From Ostreococcus lucimarinus (lineage: Eukaryota): DNA of 64,000 bases. The position numbers and the translations under genes were made by a program. The DNA lies in assembly GCA_000092065.1 (NCBI GenBank), contig CP000588.1. One strand, written 5' to 3'. Shown piece after piece: positions 29,067 to 39,766 of this stretch. The stretch's first letter is position 1; every line of letters begins with the position of its first letter. The notes beneath the pieces are model-generated. The model ran no database searches. It saw only the letters and a program-made list of their open reading frames with translations, and was not told where the DNA came from.

Positions 29067-30689
29067 TTAACCTTGCTTGCCGAGCTCGAGCTTGCGGCGC
29101 ACGAGGGCGAGTGAGTTGAACAAAACGCCGTCGGCGATGCCCATGACGGAGTACACGCCGCCGATGATGGCCATGAGACTGGTGATGAATGAGTAAAACG
29201 CCATCTTTTCCTCGGAGACGACGATTTGCATCGGGCTCGGTTGGTAATGAAACTTTGCCTTTGGAAGCGGTTCGTGCACGGCGTGAGAGTGCTGGGTGTA
29301 CTCGTACACGCTGAACGGAAGGGTGTATCGCCCGCGCGGAGTGATGGTCGTGAGGACGGTTTGTAAATAGTGCTCGTGAGAGACGTGCGCGGCGTTGGAG
29401 ACGAAGCGCTCGCTCGCGAGTCTGTCGTGCCAGTCGCCCGCTTTTTCTCCGGCGTGAAACTTTTCCAGGTAACGTCTACGTTCGTCGCTGAGTTGATGTC
29501 CAAAGTAAAAGTGGTTGACGACGTGCGTCATGTTCATCGTTTCACCGTGGAACGAGTGATCCGGAGAGGACGCGCTGATCCACAAGTGCCCGGGAACTTT
29601 CTTCACGAGCACGAAACCGGTGATGGCGCACCCCGGGCCGATGATGCGCTTTTGCATATCGACGCTCGCCGGAAGCCGAAGCTTCATGTTTTCCTCCTGC
29701 GCCGCCTCTATGCTCGACTCACCCACCGGCTCCGGCGGTGGCACGAGCGTGTCCACAAACTGCGTCAGCCCATCCACCGTGCGCGGACCCTTGTAAAACG
29801 CGTGCTCGCGCTTGCCCTCGTGCATCAAAATGTCGGTGCCGTGAGTGAAAATGCGAATCGTGGGGTATCCCGTCACGACTTGCGCCATGCAAAACTTTTC
29901 GTGCACCACGCAATCAATCTTCGTGAACAGCACGCGCGACTTCGTCCCGGGCGGGTACTTTTCGTGCACCGCGAGCCCCGCGGCTTCGTACACGGGCTCG
30001 AGCCTCTGACACCACGGACACCACGGCGCGTAGAAATTCACCAACACCACCGCGTGCGTCGGATCCTTCACCATCGCTTGCAGTTCGTCCAGATCCGCGA
30101 TCTCGTACACCACGTGCGCGTGCCCATCCGCGGGCCTATTCGACTCCTGCAGCACCTTGAGCGCCTCCTTGTGCCGCGCCACCCTCTCCTCGGCGCGCGT
30201 CGTCTCCTCGTCGCTCGCCTTGAGCACCTCGTCCACCGCTCGGTCCCACTGCAGCGGCCCGATCGCTCGCATGTCCGCGTCGATCGCCCGCTTAAACACC
30301 GTCTTCGTGAGATTGAACCGATTCAATCCCAGGGCGTCGCCGACGTCCACGCTCGCGAACTCGCACGACAGCGCGGGAAACGAAAGATTAAAGTTGATTC
30401 GCAGCAATTCCCCATCCACGCTCCGATCCACCACCACCTTGGTGTCGAACGAGCTCGACGAGTAACTCCGCAGTTCGCTGAGCAACAGAAACGTCATCAA
30501 CACCGCGGCGAAGATGGATATCACGCTCCCGCTCACCGTGCCCTCCGTCATGTCGCGCGGGAGTTTGCGATAAAAGTCTACGCTTCGAAACGCGCGTCCG
30601 AGCCTCGTGGGGGCGTGCGCGCCGCCGAACGGGGCCCCGTGCGGGGCGCCGAAGGCGCCACCGCCGCGCACCGCCGTCGGGCGCTGCAT
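29067..30689 (-). CDS. ERGIC/Erv41-46-family protein with an inserted thioredoxin domain (plant PDIL5-4-like).
   Basis: It has an ERGIC_N segment with a TM helix (GSVISIFAAVLMTFLLL), a thioredoxin domain with a WCPWC active site, a COPII-coated ERV domain and a C-terminal TM helix. Confidence 0.8.
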   Translation of the reverse strand: MQRPTAVRGGGAFGAPHGAPFGGAHAPTRLGRAFRSVDFYRKLPRDMTEGTVSGSVISIFAAVLMTFLLLSELRSYSSSSFDTKVVVDRSVDGELLRINFNLSFPALSCEFASVDVGDALGLNRFNLTKTVFKRAIDADMRAIGPLQWDRAVDEVLKASDEETTRAEERVARHKEALKVLQESNRPADGHAHVVYEIADLDELQAMVKDPTHAVVLVNFYAPWCPWCQRLEPVYEAAGLAVHEKYPPGTKSRVLFTKIDCVVHEKFCMAQVVTGYPTIRIFTHGTDILMHEGKREHAFYKGPRTVDGLTQFVDTLVPPPEPVGESSIEAAQEENMKLRLPASVDMQKRIIGPGCAITGFVLVKKVPGHLWISASSPDHSFHGETMNMTHVVNHFYFGHQLSDERRRYLEKFHAGEKAGDWHDRLASERFVSNAAHVSHEHYLQTVLTTITPRGRYTLPFSVYEYTQHSHAVHEPLPKAKFHYQPSPMQIVVSEEKMAFYSFITSLMAIIGGVYSVMGIADGVLFNSLALVRRKLELGKQG

Positions 30690-31006
30690 CGGACGCGTCG
30701 CGAAGTGTCCGCGCGCCGCCGCGCGTCCGAATCTTCATCGTCCACGATCCTCGCGTCGACGGGACGGGTCGCGACTCAAGCGTAGGGGTACTCTGCATAT
30801 ATTACACAAAAAAACGCCGTGTGTGGTAAAAAACGACCCCGCGCGCGTCAACGCGACGGTTCGCGTCCGGCGCGCGTCCGCCATTCTCCGGCGCGCCATC
30901 GCAGCGACCTCATCTCGCTCGACGCCCGCTCGATCGACCGCATCGCGCCGACCGCATCGCGCGACTTCCAGCGTTCCAACGACTTTGAATTCTTCGCCGA
31001 GACGAC

Positions 31007-32553
<1,547 letters not shown>

Positions 32554-32986
32554 GCCCGCGGCGCCGTCGCACTGTCGCGCATGCACCGCTCGAGGCACTG
32601 ACTCGCGGTGACGCGCCACCACTTTACGATGACTGCACGAACTTGTCATCACAATATGAACGTTTACTTTTCCCGCCCGATACGTCCGACCGTCGCGCCG
32701 TCGCGTCGCCGGGGGCTCGGCGGGCGGCGCGCGAGCGGGTGATTGAACATCGTCGAGACGTATCGCGCCGCTCGCCCGCAACCCGTGTTACAGCATGATA
32801 CGAAACACCGTCGGTTACGAAAAAGAAACGAGCACGACGGGCATGTACGCGATCCGCGCGCGTCGTTTTACGGTCCGGACACTATCATACGATCCTTTAC
32901 ACACACTATCATACATTACAAGTGTTTTCGTCGCCCGCGGCGCGTTTTGTTCCCCGCGCGCCCGCGACGTGGACGCCGCCGCTCTG

Positions 32987-34084
32987 CTACAACTTTTCGC
33001 ACACGCGCAGCTTCGCGCTCCGACTTCGCACGTTGACGTCGATCTCGGCGCTCGTCGGCACTTTGGGCTTACGCGTGATCAATTTCACGATTTTCGGCGG
33101 CGCCTCGGGTTGAGGCATGTATCGATTCACCTCCTCGCTCGGCGGTTCCGCGCGTCCCGCGAAGTGGCGAAACCGCCTCTTCACGATGGAATCCTCCAAA
33201 CTGTGAAACGATATGATGGCTAAACGTCCGCCCGGTCGCAGCGCCTCGATCGCGGCCGGAATGACGTCTTCGACGGCGCCCAACTCATCGTTCACCGCGA
33301 TTCGTATGCCTTGAAACGTGCGCGTGGCGGGATGAATCGACCCCCACTTCCCCGGCACGTTGCCGATGGCGTCCACGAGCTCGCGCGTCGTCCTAATCTC
33401 CTTCTCCGCCCGTCTCTCGCATATCCGTCTCGCCAACAATCGCCAGTGTTTTTCCTCGCCGTATTCGCGCAAAATCCTACCGATCTCTTCCTCCGGCCAC
33501 GCGTTGACGATTTCCTCCGCCGTCGTCGTCGCGCTCTCCCCCATGCGCATGTCCAGCGGTCCATCGTTCATGAACGAAAACCCACGCTCGGCGCGATCGA
33601 GGTGCATCGAGCTCACCCCGAGATCTAACACGACGCTGTCCACCCCGTCGACGTCGAGCGCTCTGAGCGCCTCGCGCATCCGTCTAAAATTCGCCTCCAC
33701 CAGACTCAACCGCAGCGTCGTCGTCGCCTCGTCGCCTCGCGTCGCCGCCCTCGCCCGCTCCAGCCTCGGCCTCGCCAGCGCGTGCGCCGACGCGTCGACG
33801 TCGAACCCGACGAAGTGTTCCATCTCCTCGTGCGCCTCGATCATCGCTCGCGCGTGTCCACCCGCGCCCAGCGTCCCGTCCACGTGCGTTCGCGCGCGCA
33901 CGTCCCTGAACGCCTCCAGCACCTCGTCCATCATCACGCTCGCGTGCGGCGCCCCCTCGTCGCGCGTCGTCGTCGCGCGTCGTCGCGCCGTCGGTTTCGC
34001 CGCGCCGAAGCGGCGGCGCGCGAAATCATCGCGTCGCGCGGCGCGCGCCGACGCGCGCGCGACGCGCGCGCCGCGCGGAAGCAT
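32987..34084 (-). CDS. 16S rRNA (cytosine1402-N4)-methyltransferase RsmH/MraW, organellar.
   Basis: It has the RsmH motifs (DGTLGAGGHA, LDLGVSSMHLD, GGRLAIISFHSLEDSIVK) after a 50-aa presequence. The remaining 640 codons of the track ORF (34085..36016) are antisense to the WD40 gene and spurious. Confidence 0.85.
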   Translation of the reverse strand: MLPRGARVARASARAARRDDFARRRFGAAKPTARRRATTTRDEGAPHASVMMDEVLEAFRDVRARTHVDGTLGAGGHARAMIEAHEEMEHFVGFDVDASAHALARPRLERARAATRGDEATTTLRLSLVEANFRRMREALRALDVDGVDSVVLDLGVSSMHLDRAERGFSFMNDGPLDMRMGESATTTAEEIVNAWPEEEIGRILREYGEEKHWRLLARRICERRAEKEIRTTRELVDAIGNVPGKWGSIHPATRTFQGIRIAVNDELGAVEDVIPAAIEALRPGGRLAIISFHSLEDSIVKRRFRHFAGRAEPPSEEVNRYMPQPEAPPKIVKLITRKPKVPTSAEIDVNVRSRSAKLRVCEKL

Positions 34085-34249
34085 CGAAATCGCGCGCGCG
34101 CGTCGTCCTCTCTCGACGCGTCCGCGACGCGTCGCCGCGATCGTCGCGTCGCGGTCGCGAGTGCGGCGTCGACGTCGACGGATGGCCGGCCGCCGCACTC
34201 CGCGTCGCCCGGCGACGCGCGACGATCGCGGCGACGCGTCGAACGAGCG

Positions 34250-35878
34250 ATGCCGAGACCGCGTCGCGACGCGGCGCGCGCGATCCTGCGCGACGTCGAC
34301 GCGAACGCGACGACGAGCGACGCGGCGAGGGACGATTCGAAAGCGCCGAGCGGCGACGCGATGAAGACCGAGGCGGTGACGCGCGACGACGACGACGCGC
34401 GCGCGAACGACGATGGATCGAACGATGGACTCACGGCGTTCGAACGCGCGCGAGAGGCGCACATCGCGCGGAATAAGGCGAGGATGGAGGCGTTGAACAT
34501 CAACGCGCTGAGCGCGGGCGTCGGCGCGGCGTCTCGCGGGAGCGCGGCGTCGTCGCGAGGGATCACGGGGAAGCGAAATCGGGATAAAGCGAGCGCGCCG
34601 AGCGTGCCGACGCGACGGTCGAGCCGGGCGAGGAAGATCGCGCCGGAGTTGGCGAGCGGGGTGGATCGAGAGCGGCGCGACGGGACGGTGGTGCTCGCGA
34701 ACGGGGCGACGTATCATCCGAGCGGCGAACTCACGGCGGCGCCGACGAGGACGCGACCGAGCGGTGAGGTGGCGATGCGGAGTGAAAACGGGAGCGAGAA
34801 GACGGACGCGGCGTTCATCGAGGAGTTGAAGACGAAGATGGGGGCGCACGTCGGCGAGACGAAGGAGGCGAAGGAGGCGACGGCGAGCGTGCGAGAGATG
34901 ATCAAGAATAAGCTCACGCTGCGCGACGTGGACGTCGCGAAGTGCGTGCCCAAGGGTGTGACGCACTTGGACTTTTCCCCCGACGAGTCCATGCTTCTCG
35001 TGGCGTCGGGAGATAAGGAGGGACACATCGGTTTGTGGCGCGTCGATAAGACGACGTCGGAGGAGGAGGACGAGGACGACGGGGTGTTGTACTATAAAGC
35101 CCACGGGTCGTACATCTCGCACTGCAAATGGGGCCGCGGCGCCTTGCGAGGGAAGCTCTTCACGTGCGCGTACGACGGCGCGGTTCGCGTCCTCGATCCG
35201 CAAACCGGTTCGTTTCAGGAAACCGTCTACTCCGAGGAGGACGAATTCTCGGCGTGCGACCAATTCGCCGACGGCAACACCGCATTGGTGTGCGATAACG
35301 TCGGTAACTTGCATCAACTGGATCTGCGCGTGGGTAAATTCACGTCCCCGAGCCTGTCGATTCACGAGAAGAAGATCAACACCGTGCACATCGATCCCGG
35401 CAACGAGCACCGATTCGCCACTTCCACGAATCAGCTCGTCAGCGTCTGGGACGCGCGAAAGTTGAAAAAGAACGCCAAGTCCACGCACGATCTGGTCCAT
35501 CGAAAATCGTCCCAAGCGGCGTATTGGTGTCCCGACGGCTCCGGCGCGCTCCTCACGACGTGTTACGACGACGCCCTCCGCGTCTGGCACCCCGACCGAT
35601 CCGCCGCCGCGCCCACCGCCACCATCAAGCACAACAATCAAACCGGTCGTTGGGTCCTTCCCTTCCGCGCCGTCTGGTCCGCCGCCGGCGACGGCGTCTT
35701 GTGCGGTTCCATGACGCGTCAAGTCGAAATTTTCAACCCCGCCACCGGCGCGTCGCTCGCGCGTTACGCCTCTCCCGACCACATGACCGCCATCGCCAGT
35801 CGTCTGGCGTGTCATCGCTCGCTCAATTACGTCGCCGCCGGCACCGCGAGCGGTCGCGTGCACGTGTACCGCGCGTGA
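34250..35878 (+). CDS. WDR76/Cmr1-like WD40 repeat protein.
   Basis: It has an N-terminal LTAFERAREAHIARNKARM block that is characteristic of WDR76, followed by a WD40 propeller. It is divergent from rsmH, with a 165-bp spacer. Confidence 0.65.
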   Translation: MPRPRRDAARAILRDVDANATTSDAARDDSKAPSGDAMKTEAVTRDDDDARANDDGSNDGLTAFERAREAHIARNKARMEALNINALSAGVGAASRGSAASSRGITGKRNRDKASAPSVPTRRSSRARKIAPELASGVDRERRDGTVVLANGATYHPSGELTAAPTRTRPSGEVAMRSENGSEKTDAAFIEELKTKMGAHVGETKEAKEATASVREMIKNKLTLRDVDVAKCVPKGVTHLDFSPDESMLLVASGDKEGHIGLWRVDKTTSEEEDEDDGVLYYKAHGSYISHCKWGRGALRGKLFTCAYDGAVRVLDPQTGSFQETVYSEEDEFSACDQFADGNTALVCDNVGNLHQLDLRVGKFTSPSLSIHEKKINTVHIDPGNEHRFATSTNQLVSVWDARKLKKNAKSTHDLVHRKSSQAAYWCPDGSGALLTTCYDDALRVWHPDRSAAAPTATIKHNNQTGRWVLPFRAVWSAAGDGVLCGSMTRQVEIFNPATGASLARYASPDHMTAIASRLACHRSLNYVAAGTASGRVHVYRA

Positions 35879-36027
35879 GCGACTCGACGCGCGCTTCGCG
35901 CCTTCATTTAATCCACCTTCGCACTGTTTGCCATAGAGGCCCCCGTCGCGCGCTTTTTTTCCATGCCAAACCTCCACGCCAAACCTCGCCGCGCCGCAGC
36001 GCGCGTCCCCGCACACGCGCGCGCGCG

Positions 36028-37188
36028 ATGCGCACCGCGCCGACGATCGCGTCCGCGTCCGCCGCCGTCGCGCCGACGCGCGCGGCGCGACGCGCGAGCG
36101 CGCGACGGGACGCGAACGCGCGCGCGACGGCGCGACGGCGCGACGCGACGAGTCGCGCGCGACGCGACGCGACGACGCGCGCGATGCCGCGCGCGCAGGG
36201 CCCGATGCGAGGGCAACACCCGGTCGCGCCGCACGGCCCGCGATTTCACGAGTACGGCGGGTTCGACATCGATCCCGAGCTGCAGCACAGTCGAGTGTCG
36301 TACCTGCGCGAACGCGTCGAGGCGGTGACGAAGGAGTTCCCGAACGCGATCGGCATGGACGATTTCCTGTTCCGAACGGAGGTGATGCTGCGACGATTCG
36401 GGTTCACGACGGATAATTCCATCGCGCTGACGAGCCTGTGTCGGGACGAGATCACGTTTCCGCTGAAGAACGCCATCGACGACATTTTCGGATATTCGAT
36501 GGATTTGGACGGGTTGGGAGGGATCATCTCCGCGGGGACCACGGGGTTGGGGGCGGGATTGAGTCACTCGCCCACCGATCACTTGACCGGGAAGGAGCGG
36601 TACGTGCTGTTCGCCATGCCGCACATCGCGATCGACGCGGAAGGGCGCGTGGGGAGCATCGTGCGCGCGGGGCGTCGGGGACAGTCGTGCGCGTGCGGGG
36701 CGCTCGTGAAGATGCAACCGATGTTCAAGCAGTACAAAGAGGGCACGCTGGAGATGGGTTTGGACGAGGGCGGACACGACCCGCTCGATCCGGAGTTCTC
36801 CATCCTCACCAGGCGCTTGATCACCGCGGTGAACAAGGATGAAATCCCTGACAAAGGCTTGCCCCTCTCCGACGTCACGCGTCTCGCCGACCGCGTCATC
36901 CGTCGCGATCTCGACAAGCTCATCGGCGAGACCGTGGACGTGACCAAATCTGATTACGCCGTCGTCACCGGGATCCAAATCCACAGCACCGCCGCGAACA
37001 ACCGCACGTGGCATCCAGCCTTAGAATTTATCTCGCCGACGTCGATGTACGTCGTCAAGGACGGCGTTCGTCACGACATGGACGTCCTCGCCATCGATCC
37101 ACCGACGCCGCGGCAGCTGTTCCACATCGCCGGCGGCGAAGAGATCGCGGAGCTTCCATCGCCGAGGCGCTCTTGGCCCGGGCTCTGA
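36028..37188 (+). CDS. LCIB/LCIC-like protein (beta-carbonic-anhydrase-like limiting-CO2-inducible family) with a transit peptide. The assignment is tentative.
   Basis: Conserved blocks are GFDIDPELQ, SLCRDEIT, PHIAID and SCACGAL. They resemble the Cys/His zinc-site spacing of the LCIB family. The call rests on pattern recall only. Confidence 0.4.
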   Translation: MRTAPTIASASAAVAPTRAARRASARRDANARATARRRDATSRARRDATTRAMPRAQGPMRGQHPVAPHGPRFHEYGGFDIDPELQHSRVSYLRERVEAVTKEFPNAIGMDDFLFRTEVMLRRFGFTTDNSIALTSLCRDEITFPLKNAIDDIFGYSMDLDGLGGIISAGTTGLGAGLSHSPTDHLTGKERYVLFAMPHIAIDAEGRVGSIVRAGRRGQSCACGALVKMQPMFKQYKEGTLEMGLDEGGHDPLDPEFSILTRRLITAVNKDEIPDKGLPLSDVTRLADRVIRRDLDKLIGETVDVTKSDYAVVTGIQIHSTAANNRTWHPALEFISPTSMYVVKDGVRHDMDVLAIDPPTPRQLFHIAGGEEIAELPSPRRSWPGL

Positions 37189-37286
37189 CGCCGCGTTCGC
37201 CTTCGCGTCTCGCTCGTCCGCGTCGCGTCGTTTATCAATCCAATTCCTAACCGTAGCCTCTCCGCATCCGCACTCTCGCGCGCGCC

Positions 37287-37291
37287 ATGCG

Positions 37292-37325
<34 letters not shown>

Positions 37326-38630
37326 GCGTCGCCGTCGTCGTCGACGCCGACCGGCGCGAGCGCGCTGCACGAGCGCCACATCGGATCGACGCGAACGCTC
37401 GCGGCGAAGCGCTACGCCGGCATCGTCCCCGGCGGCGTCGCCACGCGCATCGGACGCGAGCGCGAGAGCGCGCGAGACCGCGCGCTGAACTCTCGCGCCG
37501 AGGCGCTGCGAAAAGCGCTGCGAAATCGGACGGAGACGGCGACCGAGGGCGGGGACGCGCGCGCGACGGCGCGGTTGTACGAATACGCGAGCGTGCTGCA
37601 GGAACAAGCCGAACGATGCGAGAACCGAGGCGACGACGGCGCGCTGCGCGAGGAATTAACGCTCCGGGCGTGCGAAGCGTACGGTAGGGCGGCGGAGATG
37701 GACGGAGAGCGACACGGGGTGCTGTATAACTGGGGCATCGCGTTGGGCGACCGCGCGGAGCGAGCGACGACGCGAGGCGACGGAGACGCGGCGAGGAAAC
37801 TGTGGGACGAGGCGATAGATAAGTACGAAAGAGCGTCGAGAACGACGGCGAGCGGGACGGTGTCGACGCAGCAGGCGACGCAAGGGTTGAATAATCTCGG
37901 TTTGGCGTATCAGAGTCGCGCGGCGTGCGTGGATTTCGAACGCGCGGCGAAGAGTTTGGAGGCGACGCAGAGGGCTCGAGAGGAGCGCGTGCGGTCGCTC
38001 AGCGCGGGTGTGCGCAAGTTTCGACGCGCGCTCAGACTCGATCCGAGTTTCGATCGCGCGGCGTATAATTTAGGCACCGCCGTGTACGCGCTGAGCGTCG
38101 AGTACGCGTCGATGGCGCGCTTGTACCCGCAAGACGCGTCGCTCGCACCGTTGTCCAAGGACTACGCCGTCGCCGCCGCCATTTACGTCGGCTTAGCGCT
38201 CGCCAACGAGCCGCACAACGACGTCTACGCCACCTCCCACGGCATCGTCAAGCACTTCGTCCCGTCGCCGCGCGTCTTCGACGAGCGCTTCCTCTTCGCC
38301 TCCGACGACGCCCCTCCCGACGACGTCCTCGACGTCCGTCTCGTCCTCGACGCCCACTCCCTCCGCGCGTATTCCGACGCCGATCCCTCCGTCCCCGTCC
38401 TGGACGTCCCCCTCGCCGCGATCGCGTCCTTCGAGCCCGTCGAGGACGCGTCGCTCGCGTCGGGCGTCGCCCGCGCCCTCCTCGGCGTCGTCGATCCCGA
38501 CGTCCCCCAGCGCCTCTTCGCGTGTCCCAATCCCCGCGTTCGCGACAGGGTCATCGACGCCGTCGTTCTCGCGCGAGATTTAGCGCGCCGCCGACGCGAG
38601 GCCGACGTTCGCGCCGCCTTCGCGTCGTGA
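37287..38630 (+). CDS. TPR-repeat protein with a plant Tom20-like TPR pattern and a (GACGCC)n-encoded DA-repeat N-terminus.
   Basis: It has repeated Ala-rich helical TPR-like units (LYNWGIALGDRAE, LNNLGLAYQSRA, AAYNLGTAVYALS). Confidence 0.5.
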
Positions 38631-38964
38631 GCCTTCGCGCGCCTGTCGGCGAGATCTTTCAATCGGTCAATCGTATGGCGTTTCAGTCTCGACTCGATTT
38701 TGTCGCAAAAAGTGCACTTTTTCGCCCATGCCATTCCGCGATCGTCGAGGACGCGTCCGTCGATCGTCGCGTCGTCACCGCGCGACGCGCGCTCGAGCGC
38801 GAGACGCGCGCGACCGAGCCCGCGCGCGCGCGACCGCGAGACCGCGAGGACGCGCGCGCGACGACGACGACGACGAGGGTCGGACGAGGGTCGCGCGGGG
38901 ACGCCGACGACGACGCGACGCGACGCGCGACGACGCACGCGACGCGACGGCGGACGCGCATACG

Positions 38965-39540
38965 ATGGTGTTTGGATTCGGGAAGCGCGCGAGCGCGCTG
39001 ACGGCGGCGATCGAGACGCGCGAGGCGAGCGCGAGCGCGAGGACGAGCGAGGACGGCGCGAGGGGGGGCGACGCGTCGGCGTCGGGACGCGCGAGGGACG
39101 CGTCGACGAGCGAGCGGTCCGGGAATTACGGAAGCTCGAGTCACGGCGGCCACGGACGGGAGATGATGTACGACGCCGACGAGGCGCGGACGTTCGGGCG
39201 ACAACACGGAAGCACGGAGGTTTTGAGCGCGCTGACGACGGAGGAGGCGCGGACGATTCCGGCGCGGGCGATCGCGGTGCACGCGGGGGAAAAGAGCGAG
39301 AGCTACGTGCGAGGCGAGGACGGGGAGCTTTACGAGATGATGGCGTGTGGGAGGACGCGGACGCGCGCGCACGCGCCGTCGTCGCCGAGAGCGGTGGTGA
39401 CGGTGCATAGCTCGGAGGTTAACGAAGACGCGGGGGCCATCGGCGCCGCGGGGCGGAGGTATCGAGGGTCGTTCAACTCTCTTCTCTTGCTCGAGGCGCA
39501 AGAGTTGAGCACCGGACGGGCATCCTCGGCGAGTGGGTGA
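38965..39540 (+). CDS. Hypothetical protein of 191 aa. A possible upstream exon begins at the ATG near 38675.
   Basis: The ORF runs from the ATG (MVFGFGKRASALTAAIE...). No family is recognised. An upstream ATG opens a presequence-like peptide (MAFQSRLDFVAKSALFRPCHSAIV...) in another frame. Confidence 0.3.
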   Translation: MVFGFGKRASALTAAIETREASASARTSEDGARGGDASASGRARDASTSERSGNYGSSSHGGHGREMMYDADEARTFGRQHGSTEVLSALTTEEARTIPARAIAVHAGEKSESYVRGEDGELYEMMACGRTRTRAHAPSSPRAVVTVHSSEVNEDAGAIGAAGRRYRGSFNSLLLLEAQELSTGRASSASG

Positions 39541-39766
39541 GCGGGTAATAACGCGTAATACATCGCGCGCGCGCGAGATCGGCGTCGACGCCGATTTCGC
39601 GCGGCGCGCACATTTTTGAACGAGTTGAGTATTCTTAGTATCCGCCTTTGGAATTTTTGTGATTCATGAAACGACGTGTATAACCATGACTAAAGGATCT
39701 TATGTGCGATCATTAACAACGTGTGCCAGCGCGATACGGGGGTGGCGTGCGATACGCGCGCGGCGC

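Noticed and set aside
34085-36016. The upstream 640 codons of the 1009-aa minus-strand ORF that contains RsmH.
   Set aside because: They are antisense to the WDR76-like gene and low-complexity. RsmH begins at the ATG at 34084 after a transit peptide.
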